NCBI GenBank assembly: GCA_032718475.1
Contig: JAUCBJ010001825.1
Coordinates: forward strand, 1-64,000
Direction of reading: 5' to 3'
DNA from: Nemertoderma westbladi
Lineage: Eukaryota > Animalia > Xenacoelomorpha
DNA length: 64,000 nucleotides
Shown here: positions 27,510 to 37,482 of the stretch, in pieces
Position numbering within the stretch: position 1 is the stretch's first letter
How the letters are laid out: every line of letters starts with the position of its first letter
Notes under the pieces: model-generated
Databases searched by the model: none
Seen by the model: the letters and a program-made list of their open reading frames with translations, nothing else
Told to the model about the DNA's origin: nothing
Made by a program: the position numbers and the translations under genes

Positions 27510-27578
27510 GCAGCTAGAGGAATGGTTAGAGCGTCAGAATTACAACCTGGAGGTCACCAGTTCGATCCCATCTGACCT
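27510..27578 (+). mobile_element. tRNA-derived SINE head or tRNA pseudogene (intronic)
   Basis: A-box-like TAGAGGAATGGTTAGAGCG and B-box AGTTCGATCCC at tRNA-like spacing; stems poorly paired. Confidence 0.5.
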
Positions 27579-27665
27579 CATTACCAACTTTACCAAGCTG
27601 TCCCCAATAACATTAATTAGGGCTATAATAAGATAATTAATGACATTGTTTTAATAATATTTCAG

Positions 27666-27826
27666 TGATCCCGTTTGGAATATATATTGCTCACTACATC
27701 CTCTACACATTCTTCGTTTACGTTCTAATTAAACCAGATTTGGATCAACTCACATCGTTCCGTTTACTGACAGACCCCCCTGGACTCATCACTAAAGCCA
27801 TCAGCATTTGCTCAGATAGATTTTGG
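27666..27826 (+). CDS. GPCAT: GPCAT/Gpc1-like exon C (phase 1 to phase 0)
   Basis: TTTCAG acceptor. Encodes VIPFGIYIAHYILYTFFVYVLIKPDLDQLTSFRLLTD...SDRFW, matching the family P...Y......Y and TS(Y/F)R.L motifs. The donor TGG|GTTCGT was chosen for phase compatibility, so the exon end is less certain. Confidence 0.78.
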
Positions 27827-28032
27827 GTTCGTATAAATTATTTAGAGTAAATCGAGATGTATTATCTATAGTTTGTGTCACTGTGTGTATATTTTACGAT
27901 ACCAAGCGGAACGAATGTTTCGACGCAACAGATCGGAAAGGAGCAGGTTACGGAGGTTCAATACTAATAATAAACAACAAACGAACCTATAAAAAGTTTA
28001 TAGACGTGTTCAAGTCTGCATGAAGCGATATT

Positions 28033-28335
28033 TTAAGGATCTACTGTATGTAGATTGCGGAACTGTCCGACTTTAAACAGCAGTTTCGTAGGTTCTGTAA
28101 TTTCGGTTAGACATGCATGCTGATACACTCCATCAGTAGCTGTTTGTAGATTGTGGTAGAAATTTTCCACCTCTACAGGGGCAACACTAGTTGGAGAGTA
28201 GCACACAATCAGAACCACCTTAGGAAACTTCTTAGCCAGTCTTCCAGAACATGAGAAGTGGCAACGGATGATGCTGTTAGAGATTTAGTCTATTTGTCCA
28301 ATGCTGCATGTGCAGTTGGATTCATCAATTAGGCC
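28033..28335 (-). pseudogene. LINE (RTE-like) apurinic endonuclease fragment
   Basis: VLIVCYSPTSVAPVEVENFYHNLQ matches the APE-domain 'Y(S/A)PT....E.E.FY..L' pattern; truncated. Confidence 0.6.
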
Positions 28336-28599
28336 AATTCCACCATTACCACCGTCATCTGCTGATGCGAGGGCTAGTCGCCAACCGGCCCCCCCTGAGA
28401 ACCTCATCAGTCTGTCCAGTCAAAAAAAAAGTAAAAGTACATTTTTTTCGGCCGCTAGGCCAGGGATTACGTACAAAGTCTGGCGACTTATTTCCAGTGC
28501 AGTACCCCCAGTACTTTACTCCCCAGAGGAAACTCCAGTACTCATTTAGCTACCACTTAAGTATGTAAGGCAGAGAGATGCGCCCTGGCTGGTCCCTTT

Positions 28600-28705
28600 A
28601 AAGCATTCGTGCCGAAACGAAAACTGCCCTGGCCCGAGTGAGGATCGAACCCACGACCTACGGGAGATGTGAATTCAATGCGACCACTACACCAAGGTGG
28701 AACCA
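28600..28705 (-). mobile_element. tRNA-derived SINE head
   Basis: Minus strand reads TGGTGTAGTGG (A box) ... GGTTCGATCCT (B box). Confidence 0.55.
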
Positions 28706-29159
28706 GTCCGCATTGGGTGCTCTTGAACACCCACTGCGCTAAGAGAAAGCTTATCTGCCAAAGAAGTCCGCTCACCTTGTCGCATTGGGGACCCGAGTGT
28801 TAGGGTGTTAACCGGGTCTCAAATGGCTTGGTTGGTAGGGGTGGAACATGAGAGTAGCCTCCAAATCCAGAATCCCTCTCCCCCTTCAAATCTGGCCTCC
28901 CTGGTGACGGTTTGGGCCAGAAAGGTCATCAGGAAAGGGATTCACAGAATTGTTGGCCGCTCTCTCTCCAGTACGGGGTGAGACAGGCAGCCGGTCAGAA
29001 GATAACTGACGCCTGTGAGGCGAATTGTGTCCGGTAATTCCACTGGCTTCTCGTGGCCGGTGTAAAAGGTGTAAATGAATCCCCGTTTAGAATGAATCCT
29101 CAGTGATGTGGGGAGTCATTACAACCGTGGCAGGATTTCCTCGACTTCTGGAGCCAGTA

Positions 29160-29750
29160 GGTGGAGTTACCATCATCATTATGATGATCTAAGGACATGC
29201 GTAGAACATAGTCAACCACAATTATGAACAAGAATGGTGCAAGTGTGTCTCCCTGGAGGACGCCCCATAACACTTCAAATGGTTCTGTGTCACCGTCAAC
29301 AGTAGACACAAATGTTGTCAAACCATCGTATACTGATCTGATTGCTGCAATAATTTCATCAGGAATCCATATAATGAAAGTATGCTGAACATACGTGTGC
29401 GAGAGACTGAATCAAAGGCCTTGAAGAAGTCAACAAAGATAACAGCCAGATGCCTGTTTTTCTTTTTTGATAACTCTTCAATTATCATTCTAAGTGAAGT
29501 GCCAAAATGGGCTCCATGGTCCCACGACCTTTACGGAACCCATTCTGATTTCCACGGAGCAGTCTCTCAATGGGATCCCTGATGCGATTTAATAGATAAT
29601 AGCTTTGCAGCAATCGAGATCAATGAGATTCCCCGAAAAGAACCAGAGTGTTAGGTTTCCCTTCTTGGGAACTGGCACCAACTTATTTGTTTTCATTTCT
29701 TGTGGGACTCGTATTGTTCTGTGCATGTCTACTGTGATGGGATAGATGAG
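29160..29750 (-). pseudogene. LINE (RTE-like) reverse transcriptase fragment
   Basis: LVPVPKKGNL, an FVDFFKAFDS-type motif near 29410-29440, and GVLQGDTLAPFLFIIVVDYVLR. Frameshifted and truncated. Confidence 0.85.
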
Positions 29751-29763
29751 CTTTAAACGGTGT

Positions 29764-29882
29764 GCGGACACTTCCTCCCCGGACACTTCCCCCCCCCCCC
29801 CCCCCGGATAGTTCCCCCCCGTTCAAGTAGGACACTTCCCCCCCGGACACTCCCCCCCCCCCAAACACTTCCCCCCGGACAC
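29764..29882. repeat. short degenerate (CGGACACTTCCCCC)n repeat, probably a DNA-transposon terminus
   Basis: About 6-7 imperfect GGACACTTCCCC units with poly-C tracts. Confidence 0.5.
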
Positions 29883-30144
29883 ATTATCTGATGTTACAAA
29901 CATGAATTGATTATTTCAAAATGGTCCCAAAGTCTTTCACCACGGGCACACAGACAGGGAATGCCGGGGTTTGGGGACGGCAGCCCCCAATCAAAGAAGC
30001 GGGGTTTCCCCAATTAAAAGAAAAACAAACAAAATATGACTATAAAAATGTTTATTTTATAATTTTGAAAAAACTTGACTAGATACAACTTGTCCTGTAA
30101 CCATCTTTAACTTTTGTTTATTGCTTTTCTTTTTTTTTGTTTAG

Positions 30145-30342
30145 GTCATGTATTCGCTGTACACGGTCGGTAATTGGTTGTTGGTTGCTATGAGTCTAGT
30201 GTTGGCAGTTCTCTGGTATGAAACTATTTATGCGAACTCAGCTGTTCTCGCTGCTGCCGCTATTCTGGTAATTTTCAACGGCGCTCAGTTCTATGTGGAC
30301 ATCTTCGCATTGGACGGCCTCAGTTACACTGAATATATGTAG
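30145..30342 (+). CDS. GPCAT: GPCAT/Gpc1-like terminal exon D
   Basis: Long polypyrimidine tract plus TTTAG acceptor. Encodes VMYSLYTVGNWLLVAMSLVLAVLWY...VIFNGAQFYVDIF... to TAG, matching the family C-terminal (W/F)NG(A/G).(Y/F)Y.D(I/V)F motif. Confidence 0.85.
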   Translation, partial: VMYSLYTVGNWLLVAMSLVLAVLWYETIYANSAVLAAAAILVIFNGAQFYVDIFALDGLSYTEYM

Positions 30343-30407
30343 TAGAGATGGAACTAAGAAACATGTACCAACATCAGAGACCCTCCCTACGTGTGCGGGA
30401 TCTTATG

Positions 30408-30520
30408 TTCTGTAGGCACTCAGTTGTGTCGGCACTCCGTTCTGTCAGTGCTCCATTCTGTCGGCACACCATTCTGTCGGCACTCAGTTGTGTCGGCACT
30501 CCATTCTGTCGGTACTCCAT
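30408..30520. repeat. ~16-bp minisatellite (TGTCGGCACTCCRTTC) in the putative 3' UTR
   Basis: About 7 imperfect tandem units. Confidence 0.7.
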
Positions 30521-30577
30521 GAAAATCATGGAATAATATTTATGTTATTGTTTACATGTTTTAACATCCATAGATAA

Positions 30578-30583
30578 AATAAA
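30578..30583 (+). terminator. candidate polyadenylation signal of the GPCAT-like gene
   Basis: AATAAA about 235 nt after the stop codon. The context is AT-rich, so it may be chance. Confidence 0.35.
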
Positions 30584-30588
30584 TTATT

Positions 30589-30912
30589 AAGTAATTTAAG
30601 CAGGACATAAGATGATCCAACTCTATAGCAAATGGAGCGGAAATAATGAATTCACCACCAGTGGGCATCGAACCCGCGTCTCCAGATAAACGTTCAGGTA
30701 TGCTGACCACTACATCATAGAAGCTCCTGCATCTTTCCGATTGATTTGCTATTGAATACAGTACGCCCTTACGGATGGATTTGATATGTATCCTAGCTAA
30801 TACAGTAGCAGTTATGACTTGTAGTGGTCAGCATACCTGAACGTTTATCGGGAGACGCGGGTTCGATCCCCGCTGGTGGAGAATTAATTTTTAAGTAAGG
30901 TTTAAATTACTT
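30589..30912. mobile_element. palindromic element with two divergently oriented tRNA-like heads
   Basis: 30649-30719 is the reverse complement of 30813-30885 (TGTAGTGGTCAGCATACCTGAACGTTTATC..GAGACGCGGGTTCGAT.CCC.CTGGTGG). Outer AAGTAATTTAA/TTAAATTACTT pair. Confidence 0.65.
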
Positions 30913-31062
30913 AAAGATATTCATGTTATTTATTCATAATTATACTGTACCGGTAAATATAAGTTATAATAATAATGGCAAATATTATACGAATGAAAGT
31001 TGATTCAGTTCACCATACCATAATAGTTTTTATTGAATTGGAGAATCTTTTAGGCTCATTAA

Positions 31063-33383
31063 GGGGGGGGGGGGGGGGGGGGGGGGGAGGGGGGGGGGGG
31101 GTAGCGCATTTTCTGACCAAAACGTCGAATTTTTGAAACATATCCTATCTGATGCAGAATTTCATGCTGAATCCAAATATGGAAACCGTTTTCCTATATC
31201 TTGCGTAGTTTTCGAGATATCTGGGATAGAAGATACTGGCTCCGATATATCGCGATATCGGTAAACAGATGAAGTTAGGGGTTTGCATTCAATTTCTGCC
31301 ATTTTCTGTGCTCAGTGGTGCCAATTGGATGTCTCCACGAGAAAGAGCACAAAATTTTAATTGGGAAGGTATTTTTTTATGATTATTGGACCTACTTGTC
31401 AGTTAATAAGACAACTTCAAGTCTCCGGAATGAAGACGGGACTCGAATAAGCGACTCTGCGGTCTTTGCGTGATTACACGGAATAGACTTATCGGCCATC
31501 GGAGATCTTCAAAATGTATAATGTTCGCGCTTTCAGACCTTTGGCAGTTTAACCCGCCAAATTAGGATGTCTTCTAGATAATAAATCGCTTTTAGCCTCT
31601 GACAAGTATTTTATTCACTACACTAGTCGAAACCAATCTGTGCGCGATCATTCACCCGCTGGATATACCCGGGAGATTGGGTTCGACGGCTTAATCGTAT
31701 TGCTATGTAAGCCTACTGTATTATTCGACTGATCGTATTATATAATCTCTGACAATATTATTCACCTTCGGGAATATTAACAGTTCCTTTAGGACGTGGC
31801 GCTCTATCTATATAAACAGAGTTATGACTTAAACTACTCACAACGATATGGCTTAGTTATAATTCACATATATGGCGCATTCTTTAGGAAATGCTTCGTT
31901 ATCAGTCTCACTCATACACAATGCTGCACAATACTGCACACTAATCTGCCGATCTTCACTGATTTTAGTCACATATAAAAGGAACACGGACCGAATCATG
32001 TAGGGTCTATCAAATAACATTAGATTCACTTCAAACCACTTTAACATAAGTCACAATCGTTATATGTAACCTTTCTCTCTTACCTTCGGTATATCAAGAA
32101 TATTGGGTTTCGGGGTTATTTATCGTTATTCCAAATATAATAATTCATCAACCATATTATGAAGAACTGACAGTAAATAGCAGTATAACAATATAAAAGT
32201 ATGCACAGGTATGTTTGATTAGGTATGTTGAGTTGCATGAGTTGTGACAATCAGTCAGTTTTGTTATGATAACGGATATATGTCCTTATAATTAAGCCTA
32301 CTAGTGTAAGGCAGAGCCGTTCTTCCTGGCTTAGAATCACCAACAACACTAAAAACTGATAAGAATAACCTTATTTACAAAGGCTTCCACCCACCACAGA
32401 GAATGAGCATACAGATAGGAAAATTCAGTTCAGTAGATCTGTGATAGGTCGAAATCAAAACCAACTCAAATCCTATTGGCAGGTACAGAAAGCAGGGCTG
32501 TGGGGCAACCTTCCCAAGCTGGTTGGACGATCAAACATAGCCCAGATCCCTTCGCACAGTAAATCAGCCAATCAGCCGGTAGCTTGCACTATTCGAGTTA
32601 GAGATCCCTTTTAGAGTATTCCAGCGCCTTGGGGGGAACTGGTTAGCAAAGCAAACGAATCAGTTATCCCACAAAAGCTTTTACATATAATCTCCAGTTC
32701 TGGTGGTCGTACGAAGTTGGTTTTAGGCTCATTCGAAAGCTCTTTTCTTAGAGAACAAAGTTACCATTTGATTTAAGACAAAATGGTTGTGAATTTAACA
32801 TGAATTTGGGTAAAATATGCTTTGCAAATTTTGTTTAAGTTATGATTGCTCAGGAAGCTTTCAAGAGTTTGCCAAACCAAATGGTAACTTTGGTCTCTGA
32901 GAAAAGAGCTTTCGAATGTGCCCAAAATGAACTTTGTACGAACACTAGAACCGGAGATTATACATTTTGAAGATCTCCGATGACCAATAAGTCTATTCCG
33001 TGTAATCCCGCAAAGACCACAGAGTCACTTATTCGAGTCCCGTCTTCATTCCGGAGACTTGAAGTTGTCTTATAAACTGATCAGAAGGTCCAATAATCAT
33101 AAAAAAATACCTTCTTAAGTAAAATTTTGTGCTCTTTCTCGTGGAGACATCCAATTGGCACCACTGAGCACAGAAAATGGCAGAAATTGAATGCAAACCC
33201 CTAACTTCATCTGTTTACCGATATCGCGATATATCGGAGCCAGTATCTTCTATCCCAGATATCGCGAAAACTAAGCAAGGTATGGGAAAACGGTTTCCAT
33301 ATTTGGATTCAGCATGAAATTCTGCATCAGATAGGATAAGTTTCAAAAATTCGTCTTTTTGGTCAGAAAATGCGCTACCCCCC
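31063..33383. mobile_element. non-autonomous DNA transposon with ~550-bp inverted arms (Kolobok-like termini), interrupted by a solo LTR
   Basis: Left arm (31063-31521 plus 32686-32772) is the reverse complement of about 32875-33383. Termini are TTAA|GGGG..TAGCGCATTTTCTGACC and GGTCAGAAAATGCGCTACCCCCC|TTAG. Superfamily inferred only from TTAA plus GG termini. Confidence 0.8.
31522..32685 (-). mobile_element. solo LTR (1164 bp) with 5-bp TSD TATAA
   Basis: TG...CA termini; TATAA at 31517-31521 and 32686-32690; the host inverted-repeat arm resumes exactly after it. Related to the LTR at 1210-2440. Confidence 0.88.
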
Positions 33384-33389
33384 TTAGCC

Positions 33390-33886
33390 AAGGAATGCCT
33401 GTTCACCTGGGGATTTTCCACAGTAAACCCTTCTACTCTGTTTCCTAAAGGAATGCCTGTTCACCACCATGGGTGATCTTCCTCAATAAACCCTTCCACT
33501 CTGTTTCCTAAAGGAATGCCTGTTCTCCACCATGGGTGATCTTCCACAGTAAACCCTCCCACTCTGTTTCTTAAAGGAATGTCTGTTCACCACCATGAGT
33601 GATCTTCCTCATTAAACCCTTCCACTCTGTTTCCTAAAGGAATACCTGTTCACCACCATGGGTGATCTTCCACAGTAAACCCTTCTACTCCGTTTCCTAA
33701 AGGAATACCTGTTCACCACCATGGGTGATCTTCCACAGTAAACCCTTCCACTCTGTTTCCTAAAGGAATGCCTGTTCACCACCATGGGTGATCTTCCACA
33801 GTAAACCCTTCCACTCTGTTTCCTAAAGGAATACCTGTTCACCACCATGGGTGATCTTCCACAGTAAACCCTTCCACTCCGTTTCC
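33390..33886. repeat. 63-bp minisatellite, ~8 copies
   Basis: Unit AAGGAATRCCTGTTCACCACCATGGGTGATCTTCCACAGTAAACCCTTCCACTCTGTTTCCTA; 21-aa periodicity in ORF 33612..33917. Confidence 0.93.
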
Positions 33887-34056
33887 CAAGTTGCCTTGGT
33901 TCATATTTATCTACCACTGAAGGATGAAAGCCGGGGTTGGGTTAGGCTGCAGCATTTAAAGCACTTTTGCCCAAACAGTGCCGCCCTATTTAGGGATCGA
34001 ACCATGGCTACCTAATTGGAAGCCCATGAATGTCACCACTAGACCAAGCTGCTACT
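33887..34056 (-). mobile_element. tRNA-derived SINE with a Meta/RUDI-like central domain
   Basis: Minus strand has A box TGGTCTAGTGG, B box GGTTCGATCCC, then GGCTTTCATCCTTCAGTGGTAGATAAAT, which resembles the conserved 'GCCTTTCATCCTTCCGAGGTCGATAAA' SINE core as I recall it. Confidence 0.55.
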
Positions 34057-34935
34057 TGGTCTAAATATATTTTATTTATTAAACCAAAGTAAAATAATGT
34101 AAAATCATGTAAAACAATGTAAAATACTTACTGTACGATAACTTAAAAAAAGTCATATTATATGTAAATTGTGAAAACCAGTCGTTAATGCATGGGGGAT
34201 TTCATGAAGTGGCGTTATACAGGTATGCAAACTTTACAAGAAGCAACTTACCTTGTAAAGTTTGCATATTATTTTAATGAGTTCAAAGTTGGCGAAATTT
34301 TTTTGTCGGAAATGTGTCTCATACAAATCTAATCGAGTCGAGGTAGTTAGCTGAAAGAGCTGTGAATTTCCCTATGTTTGTTACACCTTTAAGGACTCAG
34401 TAGGCCGAATTATCATTATTAGTTTGGTTTTTTGCGGGTCTGTCCATACGCATCTATTTAATCCTCTTTGCACTTGTAACGCTTCGCAGAAGGTAAATAA
34501 CATTCAGGTTGTCAAAATTTAAATATAAAGTAAAATTATACTTATATATTGTATATTAATCTAATAATAATTATTGTCACCGATAATTATTACATAAATT
34601 TGCCTACAGTAAAAGTTAACAGACATTAACGATACATTTACACTAGTGGACAATGAGGGGACAATGATCAAATGACATACCATGTAGCTCTAACTAAAAA
34701 CCAATACAGACAAAAGACAAGTTGACGTGACATATGAAAATAAGTAGTACATAATGTCAAAAGGGGGAAGGGTGGGGCAGAGATTCAAGGTAAAGCCGGA
34801 GGTTGGGGAGTGGTGGGAGTTACACTAGGAGGAATACTTCATATAGACTAGCTTTATGGGGGAGGGAACCCAGGATGGCGGTTGCATTGCCTCGGATCAA
34901 AGCCACTGAAAGGGGTTGGAGGAGGAATTGGGTGG

Positions 34936-36116
34936 CGTGCGGTGCAGTTAACCAGTTAACCGTGCGGTGCAGTTAACCAGTTAACCGTGCGGTGCAGTTA
35001 ACCAGTTAACCGTGCGGTGCAGTTAACCAGTTAACCGTGCGGTGCAGTTAACCAGTTAACCGTGCGGTGCAGTTAACCAGTTAACCGTGCGGTGCAGTTA
35101 ACCAGCTAACCGTGCGGTGCAGTTAACCAGCTAACCGTGCGGTGCAGTTAACCAGTTAACCGTGCGGTGCAGTTAACCAGTTAACCGAGCGGTGCAGTTA
35201 ACCAGTTAACCGTGCGGTGCAGTTAACCAGTTAACCGTGCGGTGCAGTTAACCAGTTAACCGTGCGGTGCAGTTAACCAGCTAACCGTGCGGTGCAGTTA
35301 ACCAGCTAACCGTGCGGTGCAGTTAACCAGTTAACCGTGCGGTGCAGTTAACGCGGTGCAGTTAACCAGTTAACCGTGCGGTGCAGTTAACCAGCTAACC
35401 GTGCGGTGCAGTTAACCAGCTAACCGTGCGGTGCAGTTAACCAGTTAACCGTGCGGTGCAGTTAACCAGTTAACCGTACGGTGCAGTTAACCAGTTAACC
35501 GTGCGGTGCAGTTAACCAGTTAACCGTGCGGTACAGTTAACCAGTTAACCGTGAGGTGCAGTTAACCAGTTAACCGAGCGGTGCAGTTAACCAGTTAACG
35601 GTGCGCTGCACTTAACCCTTTAACCGAGCGGTGCAGTTAACCAGTTAACCGTACGGTGCAGTTAACCAGTTAACCGTGCGGTGCAGTTAACCAGTTAACC
35701 GTGCGGTGCAGTTAACCAGTTAACCGTGCGGTGCAGTTAACCAGTTAACCGAGCGGTGCAGTTAACCAGTTAACGGTGCGCTGCAGTTAACCAGTTAACC
35801 ATGCGGTGCATTTAACCAGTTAGCCATGCGGTGCAGTTAACCAGTCAACCGTGCGGTGCAGTTAACCAGTTAACCATGCGGTGCAGTTAACCAGTTAGCC
35901 GTGCGGTGCAGTTAACCAGTTAACCGAGCGGTGCAGTTAACCAGTTAACCGTGCGGTGCATTTAACCAGTTAGCCGTGCGGTGCAGTTAACCAGTTAACC
36001 GTGCGGTGCATTTAACCAGTTAGCCGTGCGGTGCAGTTAACCAGTTAACCGTGCGGTGCATTTAACCAGTTAGCCGTGCGGTGCAGTTAACCAGTTAACC
36101 GAGCGGTGCAGTTAAC
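34936..36116. repeat. 25-bp minisatellite (CGTGCGGTGCAGTTAACCAGTTAAC), ~47 copies
   Basis: Directly visible tandem array, more diverged towards the right end. Confidence 0.96.
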
Positions 36117-36174
36117 AAGTTGCCGTGATATTTTACGTCCAATTTCTCTGAGGTCGACGCAGTAATGAAATGAA

Positions 36175-36761
36175 CGTGCTTCCTGGAAAACACGTAACAG
36201 CGCAACGGCGAATCAGCGCAACAGCCCTATAACCAATGAACCATTTTTGCGCAATAGCGCAACAACCTAAGATTGGTTTATACATTCCACTCTATTTCCA
36301 TTGGCTTGTATATTCTGTTGCGTTCTATGACATTCCATTTCTGTAGCGCCGATGGCGCAACAAGCAGACAACAGGATAAGTTAGGCCTAAAAATACATGA
36401 AAATACTGGTTATTGATCAGCTGACAGCCAGTAGTCAGGCTGTCAGGTGGTGCTGTAGTGTTGCCAACTGTAGTGTGGTGTAGTGTTGGTGATTCGTGTA
36501 TCTACTAAGGACACTCGGCAGTGTTGCTAGTGCGATAAACGAAAGTCAATAAATCAGGTTACACTGATATTTTTGGGAGTAATCAGCCAGTCAGGCGTTA
36601 TTTGCGTCGACTTTTGATTGCGTCGAAAGCCCCCCCCCCCCCCCCCCCCCCATCGAATTAGTGTGGAATGAATAAACCAATCCTGGGTTGTTGCGCTGTT
36701 GCGCCAATGCTGCCCATTGGTTATAGAGTTGTTCCGCCATTGCGTGTTTTCCAGGAAGCCG
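36175..36761. mobile_element. MITE with ~100-bp imperfect TIRs
   Basis: GCTTCCTGGAAAACACG...GATTGGTTTATACATTCCAC on the left pairs with GTGGAATGAATAAACCAATC...CGTGTTTTCCAGGAAGC on the right. Confidence 0.75.
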
Positions 36762-36819
36762 TAAGAATTACCTGTTTCTATTATTCTAATAAATTTGAAT
36801 TATGTATTTTCCCAGTCGC

Positions 36820-37482
36820 CTATAGACGAGGTGTGGTGAGTCTACAACATCGAATAGCACTCCACTTGGCGGGATTACAACGCCACGTTGTACAGTCGTT
36901 TGATGCCCCATAACTGGTACACATACCGGTAGTGATGTAGCTTCCGCTGCAGGAACGATAGATCCCGTTATTAAAACACTTCCATACGCAATCAGACTGC
37001 TGGATGGGCAGAGTCCGTAACGCTTTGTTCAGATATCCAGTAAGTTTGCTGAAAATCTCGCTGTTTTTTCTGAGATTTAGCGCGATTTCTGCCACAAGTT
37101 GACCATGGAGTTCGAGCGATTCGAGAAAGTTTGTATCGTTGGCCGAAAGATCCACAATCTCATTCATTAGAGTGTCGATAAGTCCGTTAACTTCATCGAC
37201 TTTATTTTGTAGGTCGTTACGAACGTCATCCAAATCTTCATCCTTCACTAGTTTCTCAGAATGAACAACGAATTCCTCATTCAATGACGTGATCATGTGA
37301 TCAACCTCATCGAGTTTCATTCTCTCTAAATCGAGTTGGAACTTTAGATCGGATATGGTTGTTGAGTTCATGTCGTCGATGACCTTGGCGTTCCAGGCGA
37401 ATCCATGGAATACGTAGGCCATACAGCAGGCCATAACGAGTACCAGACACCCAACCAATGCTAGGAAGACTCGGAATCTCAT
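36820..37482 (-). CDS. 220-aa protein: N-terminal signal/anchor, coiled coil and Cys-rich C-terminal head; function unknown
   Basis: Uninterrupted ORF in unique sequence with ATG, a hydrophobic segment at aa 5-30, a heptad-like acidic helix at about aa 45-155, and a C-terminal domain with 8 Cys ending WSAIRCCRL. Confidence 0.72.
   Translation of the reverse strand: MRFRVFLALVGCLVLVMACCMAYVFHGFAWNAKVIDDMNSTTISDLKFQLDLERMKLDEVDHMITSLNEEFVVHSEKLVKDEDLDDVRNDLQNKVDEVNGLIDTLMNEIVDLSANDTNFLESLELHGQLVAEIALNLRKNSEIFSKLTGYLNKALRTLPIQQSDCVWKCFNNGIYRSCSGSYITTGMCTSYGASNDCTTWRCNPAKWSAIRCCRLTTPRL

Noticed and set aside
31063-31101. 39-nt G run as a functional G-quadruplex
   Set aside because: The matching right TIR has only six C, so this is homopolymer slippage or base-calling error; similar runs occur throughout the window.
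33612-33917. 101-aa repetitive ORF (and 55107..55331 likewise)
   Set aside because: Translation of tandem repeat units only.
27510-34056. Functional tRNA genes at about 27510, 28650, 30680, 30850 and 34020
   Set aside because: A/B boxes are present but acceptor and anticodon stems do not pair properly; better explained as SINE heads or pseudogenes.
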